64,000 bases of DNA from Felis catus (lineage: Eukaryota): NCBI RefSeq assembly GCF_018350175.1, contig NC_058368.1:133612001-133676000 (forward strand), in the 5' to 3' direction. This document shows positions 1-12,500 of this stretch, piece by piece. Under the pieces are notes generated by a model. It was not told where the DNA came from and made no database searches. It worked only from the letters and a program-made list of their open reading frames with translations. Every line of letters starts with the position of its first letter. The first letter of the stretch is position 1. Made by a program: the position numbers and the translations under genes.

Positions 1-534
1 GTAAGTGATGTGGCCAATCACATTTTGGTCCATAGCTGCCTTTATTCACATGGCCTAGGCAGCTTGGATGCCTGGTGTGCTCATGGCAGAAAGCTGAGTC
101 AGATACGTGGAGACAGTTGACATCCATGCTGTCCACCCCAGTGTCAAGTTCTCTTCACATAAAGCCTGGAGATAGAGTGAAGTTTGGGGGAGGGTCTCAG
201 CCTTTGCGAAATAAGAAAACTGACTCACCGACAGTGATTGGGATCATTGGGGTGTCCTTATTCTGGGTTCCCTTGGTTATTTCGGGCATCTGTGAATTGA
301 GATGCAGCCAAAATGGCGTTCTGTGGCCTGGAGGTTGACCATGAAGCATTCTTGGGGAAGTGGATGGAGATTGTGAGGGGTCTGTGGAAATTTGCCCGAT
401 TTGCTCCATTTTGCTTCCTGCACCATGAGGAGGCCGAGGAAGCAGGAGAAACCCCTCTCTGTCAGCTCTGCACCAAGGAAACATCTCTGCTGTCTGCCTG
501 GAGCAGTCTACACCCTCCCACTTCGTCTGCTGCT

Positions 535-715
535 TGAATCTTCCCCTTCTTCATCTTACTTCCTTCCCCATCTTGGCAGCTCTCCCATGACCTGGCAGTC
601 CCTCTCTCTTTCCCTCCCTTTCTTCTCTCTTGCCCTCCTCCCTCTTCCTCTGCCCCACTTCTCTCTTTTTTTCCCCTGCCTTTTTTTCATTTACTCACCT
701 CCTCCTGTTTCTTGA
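535..715. repeat. CT-rich low-complexity tract
   Basis: Pyrimidine-dominated + strand. Confidence 0.6.
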
Positions 716-1914
716 GTTTACTTGGACATACTTTTGTCCAGCGCAGCAGTTTTCTACTGTCAACCCCCAAGCCTGGGTCAGGTCCCCATCAGATCAGATG
801 GGAATTGCCTGTTCTCTTGTCTCTCTCTATGCCAGGAGTCTTTAAGCTTCGTGAAATTTGGGAGATTGTCTTACTGCCTGTTAGATCCCAATTGCATGAT
901 CAGATGTGGTATGATCAGTAAAGCTGGTTATTGTCAAGGGCTAGGTTCCAGATGTTTTTGATTCTGTGTTTTTGAGCCATTCTGTTAGAATTTTTTTTTT
1001 TATTGTGCGTGTTTTTACAATCAGAATAGGAAGCCTAAAAAGGAAATAGAGAAAAAGCTATATGTGAAATAAGGGGACTCTCTCAAGGTCTGTTCACTTG
1101 TTCATGGGGTCTCCAGCAAAAAGCATATTACCTCACAGGCATGAGAGAATTATTTATAGTGGTTACATCAGCCAGAATAAAGATGATGAAATTAAGATTC
1201 TCGTCCCTGCACATCCTGTGAGTCACTGCAGAATTCCAGGTAGAGGATTTGCCTCATTTGCTTTTTGTTGTTGCTGTGAATCCTCCAGGGTCCAGGTTTT
1301 GAGCTTTTCTGTAAGGAAAGTGTCCCTTTTTCTTCAGTGGCTAATGTCTGAGGTCCTGAGAATGAGAGAAGCACAGAATTTTAGGTCCAAGAGAGAAACC
1401 TTAGATTTAATCTAGCTTAATTCCTTCATCTTTCAGCTAAGAACACTGAATCTCAGAGAAATAAGTGACAGAACTGAAGTTATCAAAATAGTGGCTCTCG
1501 GAATCAGTGTTTGAATTCGTAGCCTGCTCACCCTGCCCTCTCCTGCATAGCAAATGCTTGAGTTCTTTTGTGTGGCTGTGTTGAACTTTTACATAATGAC
1601 TTTGTAAATAAGAAAATAGTCCTTGCTTAACGGAAATGATCCCATTTTCAGAAAGTTTGTGAATATCCTCCAGTGAATCTTCTGATTAAATAACTAAATT
1701 GCAAAAGCCTGTCCCAAGTTGTTGCCATGTGCCATTTTCTAGACTTTGAATAAATGTTTACTAACTGTGTTCATTTTATATTTTGGAAGTGTGAAGGCAA
1801 ACAAAAATATCTTCAGGGGGTAGAGGCATAAGATACTTACAGAAAGCCAACCATGGGCCCTGTAGGGAGTGGTGGGGGCTCTTGGTCAAACTGGAGAGCA
1901 TGGGTCCTGCTTTA

Positions 1915-2118
1915 AAAGGATTTAGAGTGGGAGAGAGCCAAAGCATAAGAGACTCTTAAAAACTGAGAACAAACTGAGGGTTGATGGGGGGTGGGAGGGA
2001 GGAGAGGGTGGGTGATGGGTATTGAGGAGGGCACCTTTTGGGATGAGCACTGGGTGTTGTATGGAAACCAATTTGTCAATAAATTTCATATATTAAAAAA
2101 AAAACAAAAAAAAAACAA
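1915..2118 (+). mobile_element. 5'-truncated young feline L1 3' end with poly(A) tail
   Basis: gagagagccaaagcataagagactcttaaaaactgagaacaaactgaggg...G-rich tract...aataaa and A tail, typical carnivore L1 3'UTR. Confidence 0.85.
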
Positions 2119-3730
2119 ATTCCATTTTTATTTGGAAATCCTAAACAGAACTATGACCTTTGAACCTTGTGTTTGAGATTCCCTTCAAATCTAGGCCCTC
2201 AAAAAAATTATATAAAGAATTCATTTTAAGCCCCTTAAACAAATAAAAAACAGGACAAAACCTTGTAAAATTGCATCCAAGTGGGAGGACTCTTCTCTTG
2301 GAATATGGGAGAGGGCTTCTCTTGCCCATAGAGGTTACTCAGGCTGTATTTATACTCGGTGCATGCTGTAAATTTCCCCATAGATGGTAATCTCCATCTT
2401 CCATAATTGAGAATGGTTTAAAATTGTTCTAAAAACACATGAGAGATTTTAGCACAGTATTCCATCTTGGCCCTGTTTTTTCGTGTGTAAGAACCATAAT
2501 CTTACCTATTTATCTCGCTATCTACCTGCGCAAAGACTCAGCAGAAAGGCTTGGAGTAGAGAAAAAGAATCTCATAGAGCATCGTCGTAAGTAGGGCTTA
2601 ATCGAAGAGTGGGCAGGGGCAGCAGTGTAGTTGATAAGGCTGCCAGGCATTTTGAACGAACCCGTTAGTTACAAATTTTTGTTACGCAAAATTTAACACT
2701 CATGGCGTGAGCCACGAGGATGCCGCAAGTGGCCTCGGATGCATTCTTTTTGTGCTGGCCGTTGCTCTTAGAGGACAGTTTAATTTGTGTGAGATACTGC
2801 TCCAACTCGCTGTCTCTTTCATTCCTTGGGAAATGACTCTTGCGAGTCACCATTTTCTTAATGTGTTAAAAACCTGTGCTACATATCTAAAACCCTTTTT
2901 ATTTTTATTAGCACCACACATCACTGGATTATTATAGTTGTGTGCTCCCCTTCTCTCTGTTGAGTCTCTCTTTGTGTTAGCATTATCGTGGTGCAGATTT
3001 CCTTCTGAAGATAAGCAGTAACTAATTGTGGAAAAATGCTTTGTAAGATGAGTGTCTATCTATACCATTCTTCTGACTGTTTACAGATTTGCCAAATGGT
3101 TTTGCATTGTTTATTTAGAGCTAGAGGGGCTCTAGTGGAGGTTCACCTTGGTCTCATCTTCCTATTGTAGAGCCCGATAAGGTTATCTGACGCTAGCTGA
3201 ACTCCTATTATTTTAACAAATAACAGTTTCCGTGAACAGTTCTAGTATTGGGCTCAATGTGGTAAAATATTTTAGAAATACATAATAATAATAACCTTCC
3301 ATAGTAGAATGGATGCCTACTAAATATTAGATGCTCTAAATATTAGATGTTATGTATATTAGCCCTAATTCTCAAGATGACCTGGCTAGGCATTATTAAT
3401 GCCATTTTATAGGAAAGGAAAATGAAGCTGAGACGCACAGTAAATTGCTGGGACTTCATAGGGCTTGTCTTTGTGGGTATAAACCTGTATTTCGTTGACT
3501 TTTATAATTTGCCCTTACCCCCATACCATCGTCTGGTCCTCTATTGCTCCAAAACGATTTGGTAAGAGGGACTGGGCTGGAAGACATTTTGCGTAGCTGA
3601 AAGCCATGAATTCGCACTATGTGTTTTCACCAAATTAGAAACACGGCTACATCTTCTACATGAAAATATCATTGCAGTGCAGAGTAGCAAAGCTCATTGG
3701 TGTGTGGTAAGTTTACAAAAGTTGGACGGA

Positions 3731-3948
3731 GGGGCGCCTGGGTGGCTCAGTCGGTTGAGCGTCCGACTTCGCTCAGGTCACGATCTCATGGTCCGTGAGT
3801 TCGAGCCCCGCATCAGGCTCTGTGCTGACAGCTCAGAGCCTGGAGCCTGCCTCAGATTCTGTGTCTCCTTCTCTCTCTGGCCCTCCCCCTGTTCATGCTC
3901 TGTCTCTCTCTGTCTCAAAAATAAATAAATGCTAAAAAAAAAAAATTT
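3731..3948 (+). mobile_element. Feline SINEC (Can-SINE)
   Basis: ggggcgcctgggtggctcag head, CT tract, A tail; 15-bp TSD caaaagttggacgga at 3716-3730 and 3949-3963. Confidence 0.97.
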
Positions 3949-5419
3949 CAAAAGTTGGACGGATGTGTCTTGCTCTTGTTCAAAGGACACCCTAATAAAA
4001 TATAAATGAGCTTCCCTCCCTAAACAGAACTCCCATCATATTCCTTTTGGCGAGTGAGGGCAGAGGTATGTGGAAAATATGGTGGGACGAAGAGTATGGT
4101 ACCATCACATTTGGAATTGAAAAACAAACCTGATTGACACCCTCTTCCTCACAGGGTCATAGTGGGTGGTGTCTCCTGGTGAAAGCCCAAAGCAAGGCTG
4201 AGAGAGGATGGTTAACAAATCTTCAGTTCTTTTGTGACCCAGCTCCACCCTCCCTGCACCTTTCTGGTTCCTTTGTTCCATGGCGTGACTCCCAAGACTG
4301 GTGGAGCTGTAAGGAATTGCTTCTGCTGAAAGGTAGCATTTGTTGAAGCCATCGCTGGTTAAAGAGAACTGTAAGAACGCAAAGGCAGTAAGTAGGCATG
4401 TTTGATAGGGCTGCATAACCAGTGTGGTAATTTAGGTCACATTCTAAAAGATGAACCTAGGGTAAATGTAAATGTTGGAGTCTTATGGGCCTGAGAGATC
4501 CCAGTGTGCCTGTGTACATTTAAAATCTTCACTGAAAAATCATTTCCCCTTCACTTTGTTTTTCTTTTTTTCCCCAGTGGTCATATTTCTATTAAGTATT
4601 CCCAGAGCTGTCTGTGATTCTGTGGGAGAGCTGATTGGATTTTTAAAAATAAACAAATAGGACTACAGAAATATCTTATGAATAAGCGAGAGAACGCGCC
4701 TGCTTTTATCAGTTCTTTCTAGTTAGTGTCACGTGAAGGGGGAAAGTTCTCTCACAAAAAATGGACGTCTCACATATGTTAAGAAATGTTTAAATGTCTG
4801 TCCTGAGTTTGCACCGTGCTTACCGAGTCTCAACAGAGAGTAAGAGGAGAATGTAGACTTCCAAGTAGGCGATTTGGAAAATATTACAGAGTGTTTGGAC
4901 ATAAAGTTTTCCAGCTCACTGCTTCACGGACGTTTCTGCCTGTGGGAATAGCTTTTTGAATGAATGGAAGGAAAAGGCCTGATTCCTGTAAGAGTTTTTG
5001 TGGAGAAGAAAATCAGAACTCTTTTCTAAATATATACCTTATGTTTTGAGCGGGTGGAAGAGACCCTTAGGTATATTGCATTGAGCACAAAGTGCATTAA
5101 TACAGCAAAGACATTTAATTATATATTTAATAGACTACTTACAGAGTCAGCAGAAATTAAACATTTATAACAAGTCGTAGTTTAAAATAAGCTAGTGAAG
5201 TTGCATAAATAGATTCACCACAAATTTTGCAAGCTTGCCTTTTCCAAGAAGGCAGGGACAGTATCTTTTTAAAGTTAATTTTATGCCCACACGATCTAGC
5301 ACATAGTAAAGGCTTATTGAGTGAATATGGGTAAGAACTAGAATTAGACATCAGACACGCTCTGTCTAGACTGTATCCGTATCAGTGGTCACTTGTACTT
5401 GTGGTTGGCATGTGTATTG

Positions 5420-5980
5420 TGGAGCCGTAGCTGCATAACAAATCATCCCAAAACGTGACTGCTTCAAACAAACATCCTAGTTGTTGTAGGTCAGGAATTC
5501 AGATGCAGCTTAGCTGGGTGATCTGTCTCATGATCTCTCACAATAAAATCGAGGGGTTAGCTAGAGCCCCAGTTACCTCAAGGCTCCACTGAGGGAGGAC
5601 CTGCCTCTAAGGTCACTCAGGTGGTGGTAGGTAAGATTAGGCTCCTTGCAGGTTGTTGGAGTGTGAGGGTCTCCATTCCTAACTGGGTGTTATTGGGGGA
5701 CCGTCTCTTGCTCCTTGTTACATTGTCCTCCCCATAGGGCAGCTCACAACATGACAGCTCCCTTTCATCATAGTAAGAGAGCAAAAGAGCTAGGTTGGTA
5801 GGACGGGAGTCACAGTATTCGGTAACCTAATCTCAGAAGTCATGCCTCATCCTTTTGTCATAATCCAGTCTTCAGGAGTGAATCATTAAGCTACACACAC
5901 AGAGGGAAGAGCTTACAAAATGGTATGAATGTCAGGTGCTGGGATCACTGGGAGCCATTTTAGAGGCTGCCTACCAGCAT
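5420..5980 (-). mobile_element. MaLR solo LTR (MLT1F-like)
   Basis: gctgcataacaaatcatcccaaaac...gtcaggaattc...gggagccattttagaggctgcctacca resembles a reverse MLT1 LTR. Confidence 0.7.
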
Positions 5981-6566
5981 CAGAAATGGGAACCAAGTGT
6001 ATCCTGGGAGCACCTCTGCAGACAGAGGCGGCCTCCCCTGTTTTATAACATGGTCATCTTCTACATGCCTTGATGTTAGCTCCTGTCACATTTACTGAGT
6101 GTGCTGAGTGTCTGTGTGTGTGTTCTCCCTTACAAGCCTGTAAGTTCCTTGATGACTAGGACCTTATCTTGTTTATTTTTGTGTCTGCAGTACATGCATT
6201 TCTGGGCACTTAAATGTTTAAAAATAGTAGAACCCATGAACTGGAGAAAATGCATGCTGAGCTGGACTAAATGGTTCTCTTAATTTGCCTTCTCCTCAGA
6301 GCAGAGCTGGATAAGGTTTTGAGGGCAGGTAGGAGGTGTGTGGAAGGAAAGCCAATCTAAGATTGCTGCAGTGGGCACTGGGAATGTCATTCTTTGGGGA
6401 TCTCCTGAGGTACATGTTGAAAGAACCCCTCCTGGAATCGTCCATTTGAAGGACTCTTTAGAGGAAGGTGGAGTTTTATCAACCACCAGCTCCTGTCCCC
6501 TGTTGCTTGAAGGTTGTCCCGGAGGAATTAAGTTCCTTCTCACTCTGGACCCTACAGGCTACCAGG

Positions 6567-6568
<2 letters not shown>

Positions 6569-6597
<29 letters not shown>

Positions 6598-6631
6598 ATT
6601 TTGTTTGTTTTGTTGTTTTTTTTGTTTTTTT
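6569..6631 (-). repeat. (GTTTT)n-like tract flanked by a 16-bp direct repeat
   Basis: tacaggctaccaggat at 6553-6568 and 6632-6647. Confidence 0.85.
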
Positions 6632-6667
6632 TACAGGCTACCAGGATCTTAAAGAATGGCTGGGACA

Positions 6668-6871
6668 GGAGTGCCTGAGTGGCTCATTTAGTTAAGCATC
6701 TGGCTCTTGATCTTGGCTCAAATTGTTATCTCACGGTTTGTGGGTTTGAGCCCTGCATCAGTCTCTGCCCTGACAGCATGGAGCCTGCTTGGGATTCTTT
6801 CTCCCTGTCTCTCTGTTCCTCCCCAGCTCGCGCATGTGCACACTCTCTCGCTCAAAAAAATAAATAAACTT
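6668..6871 (+). mobile_element. Older SINEC
   Basis: Diverged SINEC head and body; TSD aaagaatgg(c/a)tgggaca at 6651-6667 and 7118-7134. Confidence 0.9.
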
Positions 6872-7090
6872 GGGGCGCCTGGGTGGCGCAGTCGGTTAGG
6901 CGTCCGACTTCAGCCAGGTCACAATCTCGCGGTCCGTGAGTTCGAGCCCCGCGTCGGGCTCTGGGCTGATGGCTCGGAGCCTGGAGCCTGTTTCCGATTC
7001 TGTGTCTCCCTCTCTCTCTGCCCCTCCCCCGTTCATGCTCTGTCTCTCTCTGTCCCAAAAAAAATAAATAAAAACGTTGAAAAAAAAAAT
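6872..7090 (+). mobile_element. Young SINEC nested in the tail of the older SINEC
   Basis: CpG-rich, near-consensus copy; aaataaactt repeated on both sides. Confidence 0.95.
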
Positions 7091-8178
7091 AAACTTAAAA
7101 AAATTTTTAAAAGATGGAAAGAATGGATGGGACAGAATTAGAAGGGTACACAATATGTATGTTTGAGATGAATGCTGTTAGCATTGGGTTAGTCTGAGCT
7201 GGCTGTAATCCCCACCACAGCAGAGACTAAAGTCAGAAGAGATGTAGGGGGACTCAGAGGGACACGACACAGGCCAGCTGTGGTGTCTCCTCCATGTACA
7301 ATGGGGGACTGAAGCCTGGTAACAAGTAGGATCAGAGGTAGCCCTCAATGGTCAGGATGGGAAGGTGCAGGAAATGACTGTGTGACCCTCACCTAGAATT
7401 TAAATGGATAAATCCTTTGTGCAGTAGTTTTCTGAAATTCTATCCTATTTTATTTTACTATTTCCACTTGAACAAAAGGAGAAGATATTGATCTTGGTTT
7501 TGAAGGGTTATTAATTGCCCTCACATGTGCCAGTCAATGTCAGTGCTGTCTGGAGGAAAAGATTAGAAATTCCTGTGTGTTGTCTTTATCAGGAAGACAC
7601 ATACTGACTGATTGCCTTTCTGATTTTAAATCTGATTTTCTTTTTATCTGGTTACGAATCAAATACTGTGCATTGCACAAAGGCAGTCCTTATACCCATA
7701 TTATCGTAGGAAGATCTTTTGATTGTGCTTTGTAGGAAATTGGAATGTCCTTGTTTTAAATACTGACCTAGACAAGAGTTACATGGCCAGTTGTTAAATG
7801 CGGTCTTTTAAAAACAAAAAGTGAAAAGTTTATAAAATACTCCAAAGGATAGAGAATGATAGAACATTCTATACTTGACATCTTGAATGAAGAAACTTTT
7901 ACATTTTGTCAGTTTTTTTTTCAGATAGGAGTTAAAATAAAGGCAATTGAATGTTCTAACAAGAAAAATAAATGTTAAAATAAATATAACATGACCGAAA
8001 ACTCCCTTCCCAGGACTTTGTTTCTTTATCTACCCTCCTTTCCAGAATTAACACCCCATAACCCCTCAAATTGATGTATTTTGAATTTGTTTGTATTTTC
8101 CGATACGTATTTTGCAAATTTTTTTCATTCAGATTTTTTTTGATGATCTATGTTAATTCATATAGATTTAGTTCATTC

Positions 8179-8400
8179 ATTTTATTTTATGTTTTTTTAA
8201 CATTTATTCATTTTTGAGACAGAGAGAGACAGAGCATGAATGGGGGAAGGTCAGAAAGAGAGGGAGACACAGAATCTGAACAGGCTCCAGGCTCTGAGCT
8301 GTCAGCACAGAGCCCGACGAGGGGCTCGAACTCACGGACCGTGAGATCATGACCTGAGCTGAAGTAGGACGCCCAACCGACTGAGCCACCCAGGCGCCCC
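8179..8400 (-). mobile_element. SINEC
   Basis: Ends caggcgcccc; TSD tttagttcattc at 8167-8178 and 8401-8412. Confidence 0.95.
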
Positions 8401-8412
8401 TTTAGTTCATTC

Positions 8413-9565
8413 GTTTTAAATACTGACTAGTATTTCATCTTCAGACTATCTCACAATTTGTTTTATCCTTTCTCTTAGTAATAGATGTGTTAGTTGTTTC
8501 TAGGTTTACCATTACAAGCATGCTTCATTGGATCTCACTTTGTGGATTTCTTGCTTCCTGTATGTAAGGACTATCCAAGGGCACGTGCCTAGGAGCAAAA
8601 GTACTGGTTTCCATTATATATATATTTTCACCTTGAACAGATGCTGCTAAAAATGTTGTCAAAGTGCTTGAACCAACGCACACATCTACAGCAGATTGTG
8701 ATTTCCTTTCATATTCACCAGCACCTGCTATTTTGAGACTTTTTTGACTTTTGCTTTTTTCATGGATGTAAAGTGATTATTTTGCTCTTTTTAAAAGAAT
8801 TACACTAAAGAGGTTGTGTATCTTTTTATAGGTCTAGTGGCCATTTTAGGTTTCACCTTCTCTAATTTGTGGGGTCATATCTTTTGCCCATTATCATTAC
8901 TTGTATTAACTCCTATATTTTGTGCATTAGGAATCTTATTTTAGTCTGCTCCTGTCTTTAACACGATGTCATTTCATCATACAGAATGCTGAAATTATAA
9001 TGAAGTCCAATTTATTGATATTTTTTAATGAGTTTTTCTTTGCATACACGTTTAGGAAATATATTCCTATTCATAGATTAAAAAATAGCTCATACTTCAT
9101 TTTTTCTTCCAAAATATTTATAGTTGTGTTTTGACATTAACTTTCTCATTCATCTGTTTTTTTTTTTTTTCTTTTAAGTATGGTTTGTCATATGGATTAA
9201 ATTCCTATATTTTCCAGGTAGAAAATGAGTTTTAACTGTACCATTTACTGAATTAGTTTATCTTTTCTTCATTTGGTTCTCTATCTCTATTTTTACTACA
9301 TTCCCATCTGTGCAGGGGCTGTTTTTGGGTTCTCTAGGCGCCCCAATCTGTTTGTTTATTCTTTGGTGAACACCACATGATTCAATTACTATGGTTTTAA
9401 AATAAAGCGTGACTTCTGTAGGGTAAGTCCTTTATTTTTGTACTACTTTTATTCAGAATGGATTTGGATTTTTTGGCTGTTTAGGCCTTGAAGTGGATTT
9501 TAGAAACAATTTGTCTAATTCCCCTAAAACAAATCTACATGGAATGTTGATTAGAATTTTAGTGA
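8413..9565 (-). mobile_element. Ancient degraded L1M fragment
   Basis: T-rich, with motifs resembling antisense L1 ORF2/3' region (cctaggagcaaaagtactgg, ttcaattactatggttttaaaataa). Probably extends further on both sides. Confidence 0.55.
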
Positions 9566-9571
9566 CTCCTT

Positions 9572-9765
9572 GGGGCACCTAGGTGGCTAAGTCGGTTAAG
9601 CGTCCGGGTCTTGGTTTCGACTTAGGTCATGACCTTGCGGTTTGTGGAATCGAGTCCGGTGATGGGCCCTACGCTGACAGCACAGAGGCTGCTAGAGATT
9701 CTCTCTCCCTCTTTCTCTGTCCATCAATCACCCTTTTAATACATAAATACACTTAAAAAATAAAA
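9572..9765 (+). mobile_element. SINEC (older)
   Basis: ggggcacctaggtggctaagtcggttaag head and A-rich tail. Confidence 0.9.
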
Positions 9766-9929
9766 GAATTCCAATGGCTCCTCAAATTAATTTGGGTACA
9801 TATGAGTCTTCCCATGTATATATGACATGTGTCCCTTAATTCTGGTACTCATTTGTACCCATTAAACTGTTTTACAATTTTCACTGTATAGATCTGGTTC
9901 ATCTTTTTTTGTTTTACATTTTTTTCTGT

Positions 9930-10980
9930 ACATTTATTCTACTGATATGTAACACTGTATTAATTTAAGGGGTGCAACATAATGACTTGATACATGTATG
10001 TGTTGTGAGATGACCACCACAGTAAGTTTATTTAACATCTGTCACCTCATAGTATTTTTTTTCTTTTGATGCAAACTTGCAAGATCTAATCCCTTAGCAA
10101 CTTTCAAATATACAATATTGTTGTTAACTTTGGTCACTATGCTATACCTTACAACCAGAGCTTATTTATCTTATAGCTATTAGAGCTACACCCATTTTGC
10201 CCACCCCCACAACCCCTACCTCTGACAACCGCCAAACTGTTCTATCTATGAGTTTGTTGTGGGTGTGTTTTTTTATTCCATATATAAGTTCATTATACAA
10301 TATTTGTCTTTATGCCTGACTTATTTCTCTTAGCCTAATGTCCTCAAGGTCCTTCCGTGTTGTTGCAAACGGCAGGATTTCCTTCTTTTTATGGCTTAGT
10401 AATAATCCATTCCACTTTTTTTGGTTCATTCATCTGTCCCTATACCCTTAGATGGTTTCCATGTTTTGGCTATTATAAATAATAGTGAACGTGGAAAGCC
10501 CAGATATCTCTGCAAGTTAGTGATTTTGTTTTCTGTAAATATATACCCAGAAATGGAATTGCTGGGTCATATAGTAGTGCTATTTTTTTAAGTAACATTT
10601 TTTTTTTTTTTAATTTGAGGAGGGGAGAGGCAGAGAGAAGGAAAGAGAATCCTACGTAGGCTCCACGCTGTCAGCACAAAGTCTGATAGACGGCTTGGTC
10701 TCACAAACTGTGAGATCGTGATCTGAGCTGAAATGGAGAATCTGTTGCTTAACAGGCTGAGCCACCCATGTGCTCCCACTTGTGCTATTTTTAATTGCTG
10801 GGGGAACTTTCATACTGTTTTCCATAGTGGTGGCCCCAGTTTACATTCCCACCAACAGGCGCATATAGGGTCATTCTAATGAGTATGAGGTACTATCTCA
10901 CTGTGGTTTTGATTTGCATTTCCTTGATAATTAGTGATGTTGAACATCTTTTCAGTTACCTTTTGGCCGCTTACATGTTA
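9930..10980 (-). mobile_element. L1 3' end (L1MA9/L1_Carn-like), interrupted by a SINE
   Basis: cttagcaactttcaaatatacaata, atacccagaaatggaattgctgggtcatat, cagtttacattcccaccaacag: antisense L1 hallmarks. Confidence 0.8.
10590..10777 (-). mobile_element. SINEC (older) inside L1
   Basis: Poly(T), aggctccacgctgtcagcac, ctgagccacc. Confidence 0.85.
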
Positions 10981-12259
10981 TTTCATCTTTTAATAGGTGT
11001 ATTTATAGATACCTCACAGCTTTTATTGCCATTGTGAAGTCTCTTTTTTCCCTTTTATGTTTTCTAGTTGGTTATTGCTGGTGTGTACAAATACTCTTTA
11101 TTTTTGTATGTGATCTTGTATCTAAACTCTCTTCCGAGCTCTTTCAGTTATTCAAAAAATGATGTCTGTAGAATCTCATGATATTTTAGTAGCAACATTC
11201 TGTCAGCTGCAATTAGAATAGCTTCCCAATTATTTGCTTTCTCTTTTTCTAACTGCATTGGTGAGGACTTCTGGTACATTGTCGAATGATAGCAATATAA
11301 CAATTCTTGCTTCGTTGTTGTGCAGCTGGAGAATTCTATACAACCTCTTTTTCGTAGTCTTTAATCTTTGCTTTTGCAGTCCCTGTTAGACATACATTAA
11401 AATTTCGCATTCTGCCTTCCATACTGGTAAATACCATTCTGCTCTTCGGCATTTTGGTATTCCTTAAAACTGTGCTGTGTTTAAATATCAGAATAACGGA
11501 ATTGATGTTGGTGTCCTATCTTTGACCTAAGTCATAGGTCAGTGGCTTCACTGATTCTTGGTTCTCTTTCCCAGCTGCTTGGCCCTTTTTTCCCTCCTCC
11601 CTTCCCCAATCCTGGTCCCTTCCCCATAAACCCTCATCTTCCAACAACAGTAGGACCTAATTAGAGCGCTTTGTCTCGGCTAGTTTTTAATTCATTGGCA
11701 TCTCTAGACTATGTTACAGTTTTCCAAGGGGGCATCTTTATCTTACCATCTATTTTTATCAAAGATAATTGGAAAGCAGTGGTGTTAGGGAATGAACTAA
11801 CTGGAGCCACTAGAAGCCAGGTGAAGGCTGGTCGCTGAGCATGACATCACATGAAATTAATGATTTACAAGGAGAATATCTGTTGGTGACAGCAAGGTCC
11901 TTGACCATCTCACACCCTTCAGAGTGTGAGTGGCCTCAGTGACTGCAGGAAGAACTCTGCTCATACAGTCTGTTTCATATAGAATACTGTGCTGCATACA
12001 GCCTCTTGAAGCCAGGACATCGCTGAAATTGCGGGGCACGTTGTTTGAGGCTGTTCTAAATAGAACTGGACTTTCGTAGAGCCGTAAGGTTTTAGTTTTA
12101 GTAGGTGTTTGTGTGTCCTTTATAAAATGTCTCAGACTCCTTGAAGTCACTGAACGTAAAAAGCCAAACTGATTAATCAGTACTGCTTTGAATAAGTGGT
12201 TTGATACATCTGGTTACGATTGGTTGTGATCAGTGAGAGGTTCTTTGGGTGGGGAATAG

Positions 12260-12500
12260 TGATAGAAAGCGCAGACCCTGTGGCCCATCTGTCTGGCTTT
12301 GACTCCCAGCACCACTTCTTAGCAGGTCTCTATGACCTCAGGCATGTTATTCAACCTCTTTATACCTTATTTTCTCCTCTGTAAAGTGGGGATTATCGCA
12401 TTGTCCAAATCATGAAGCTGTTATGAGGATTAAAGTAGTTAATACATGTCATCTACAAAAGAGCCTTGCACACAGTGAGTGTTACATAAAACTATTAACT
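12260..12500 (+). mobile_element. MIR
   Basis: tgacctcaggcatgttattcaacctct...ttttctcctctgtaaagtgggga core. Confidence 0.75.

Noticed and set aside
3731..3810. tRNA-like A/B boxes
   Set aside because: tRNA-derived SINE heads, not tRNA genes.
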